17,835 bases of DNA. It comes from Candidatus Sigynarchaeum calidifontis. Lineage in GTDB: Archaea > Asgardarchaeota > Lokiarchaeia > Sigyniarchaeales > Sigyniarchaeaceae. Within the stretch, counting starts at the first letter, position 1. Every line of letters starts with the position of its first letter. Below are positions 16,205 to 17,835 of the stretch, one piece after another. A program made the translations under genes and the position numbers. The notes beneath the pieces were generated by a model. The model was given only the letters and a program-made list of their open reading frames with translations. It was not told the DNA's origin and searched no databases. Location: contig JAUQYZ020000127.1 of assembly GCA_030587475.2 (NCBI GenBank), positions 1-17,835 of the forward strand. The letters are read 5' to 3'.

Positions 16205-17365
16205 TTACCAGAAATCGTCGTCGTCATCATCGGCGGGCGGGGGCGGCTGGTATTTCTCGCGGCGTGGTTCGATGAAGCGCAGCGGCTCGGCGAGCGGGTT
16301 ATAGCCAAAGTTGTACGTGCGGCACGTGTTATCGAATGCCCACGTTTCGAGCCAGTCGGGCAGCTTCGTGAACCTGTTGCCGTTCACGTCGACGTGCCGG
16401 AGCGGCACATGGCTCAGGTCGGGCAGCGCCGACAAGCCGCACCCGCCCGCGTGCAGTTCCTCCAGGTTCTCCAGCCTGGCCATCGAAGCGGGCAGCGAGC
16501 CGAGCGGGTTGCCGGACACGTCGAGCACGCGCAGCCCGCGGAGGTCGCCGATGCAATCGGGGAGCCCGGTCAGGCCGCACCGCGCCACGCGCAGCTCCTC
16601 CAGCCGCCGCAGGTTGCAGACCGCGTCGGGCAGCGCGGTATGCACCTTGGGCGGCGGCGGCACCCACGCTGCCCTGGCGGCTTTCCATGCTTCCATCGCC
16701 CGCCGGTACGCCTCGTGCTCGGCGCAGCGCTGGGCTTCGGTGGTCCTGTACTCGTCTCGCAGTGTCCCGTCGACCCACTTGTTCTCGCGCTTGAGGAACC
16801 ACGGCTTCTCGGGCGCCTCGGGCGGCGCGGGGGGTGGTTCGGCGCCGATCGGGTTATCGGACAGGTCGAGCACGCGCAGGCTGGGGAGGCGGGTCACGGC
16901 CTCGGGGAACGCCCGCAAGCCGCATTCCCGCGCGCGGAGCACCTCCAGCCCCGCCGCCGCCTCGATCCCCGGCAGCCCCTGCGCCACCTTCCCGCGGTCG
17001 AGCACGAGCACCTTCAACCGCGGCAGGTCCCGCACGAAGCTGAAATCGATGACTTCATCAATCGGGTCTCGAAATTCCAACACTTCGAGGAATGGAAGGG
17101 CATTCAAGAGCGGCGCAAATTCTGGCCACCAAGCCGCCCCGAACGACAGCTCCACGACGTGCCCGTCCCGCGCCGCGTAGGTCCTGTGCAGCGCGTCGAC
17201 CGGCGTGGTCAATAGCCAGCCGAGATCCTGTCGCTGGAACTTGAACGGGGCGTGAATAGGTAGCCGATGCGATTCCCCTTTTCTCTCGATCTCGTTTATT
17301 ACACTCTTTTCTTCATCGGCCAAGCCATCGAGATGGCCGTCGTCTGTCGATGCTCGCGTGTCCAT
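16205..17365 (-). CDS. Leucine-rich repeat protein with an internal Pro-flanked insertion and an acidic-Trp C-terminal tail
   Basis: About 9 repeats of LxxLxLxx(N/C)xLxxLP type, e.g. LRVLDVSGNPLGSLP and LEELHAGGCGLSALP. The likely start is ATG 17365 (GAGGTG adjacent). The extension to 17746 overlaps another ORF and has shadow-like composition. Confidence 0.88.
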   Translation of the reverse strand: MDTRASTDDGHLDGLADEEKSVINEIERKGESHRLPIHAPFKFQRQDLGWLLTTPVDALHRTYAARDGHVVELSFGAAWWPEFAPLLNALPFLEVLEFRDPIDEVIDFSFVRDLPRLKVLVLDRGKVAQGLPGIEAAAGLEVLRARECGLRAFPEAVTRLPSLRVLDLSDNPIGAEPPPAPPEAPEKPWFLKRENKWVDGTLRDEYRTTEAQRCAEHEAYRRAMEAWKAARAAWVPPPPKVHTALPDAVCNLRRLEELRVARCGLTGLPDCIGDLRGLRVLDVSGNPLGSLPASMARLENLEELHAGGCGLSALPDLSHVPLRHVDVNGNRFTKLPDWLETWAFDNTCRTYNFGYNPLAEPLRFIEPRREKYQPPPPADDDDDDFW

Positions 17366-17426
17366 CACCTCGTCGAAAACATCAAGAAAAGAAAGGAAAC
17401 TGCACGCATTTAAACCCGTCGCCCCG

Positions 17427-17834
17427 TCATCGCGGTCCCAGGTGTACCAGCAGCGCCACCCAGTGCGTGTTCTGCATGAGCCGCCCGGTCGGTTTCCCAT
17501 TCGAGTCCATGACGGCCTCGTCGGGCAGCTGCCGGCCGCCGACTTGCACCCGCGGCAAGCGATCGAGGTACGCGGCGATGGTTGTGAATTTGGGATCCGG
17601 TATTGGATTTTGCCCCGTGATGACCGCCCACACGCCTGCCGCGCCGCCCGTGCCTGACGGCGCGTAGTCCCGCCGTTTCGGATCGCTCTCGCGGAGGTTC
17701 GTGCAATAGGCGAGCACCTCGAAGCCGTCGCGGTCCAGGTCGCCATCCCGGCGGTACCGGACTATGTATTCGGCGACCGGTTGGTTCGGGGAGCCCAGCG
17801 GCGCGAACCGCAGGCGCGTGTACGTCCAGCCGCC
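17427..17834 (-). CDS. C-terminal part of an unknown protein (truncated by the window end)
   Basis: The frame stays open from the window end: GGWTYTRLRFAPLGSPNQPVAEYIVRYRRDGDLDRDGFEVLAYCTN...HWVALLVHLGPR*. It has a strong G/C third-position bias and stops ~60 nt before the LRR start. Confidence 0.7.
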   Translation of the reverse strand, partial: GGWTYTRLRFAPLGSPNQPVAEYIVRYRRDGDLDRDGFEVLAYCTNLRESDPKRRDYAPSGTGGAAGVWAVITGQNPIPDPKFTTIAAYLDRLPRVQVGGRQLPDEAVMDSNGKPTGRLMQNTHWVALLVHLGPR

Positions 17835-17835
17835 G

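Noticed and set aside
17366-17746. 127-aa N-terminal extension of the LRR ORF
   Set aside because: It is Arg/Cys/Ser-rich, non-protein-like, and overlaps a better same-strand ORF ending at 17427.

Overview
A gene-dense archaeal window that looks like an Asgard (Lokiarchaeia-like) genome. This assignment is inferred from a standalone Roadblock/LC7 protein, a probable longin-fold protein, a DUF1616 membrane protein, archaeal-type TATA and GGTG-type ribosome-binding motifs, and archaeal-type toxin-antitoxin modules. The left part is metabolic: the 3' end of a FadH-like flavin oxidoreductase, hisI, hisF, a glycerate 2-kinase, an acyl-CoA hydrolase/transferase-GNAT fusion and a tail-anchored serine hydrolase, with several hypothetical genes and a 33-aa zinc-ribbon microprotein among them. 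The right part holds a large all-helical unknown protein, a frameshifted HEPN pseudogene with an intact MNT partner, an AlkC/AlkD-like HEAT protein, an RHH/UPF0175-PIN pair with a palindromic operator, and the roadblock gene. The window ends in a GC-rich segment encoding an LRR protein with a 69-aa polyproline-flanked insertion and a PPPP-A-DDDDDD-FW C-terminus. That tail resembles eukaryotic Arp2/3-binding acidic-Trp tails and is the most interesting signal here. All family calls come from motif recognition by eye; no searches were run.
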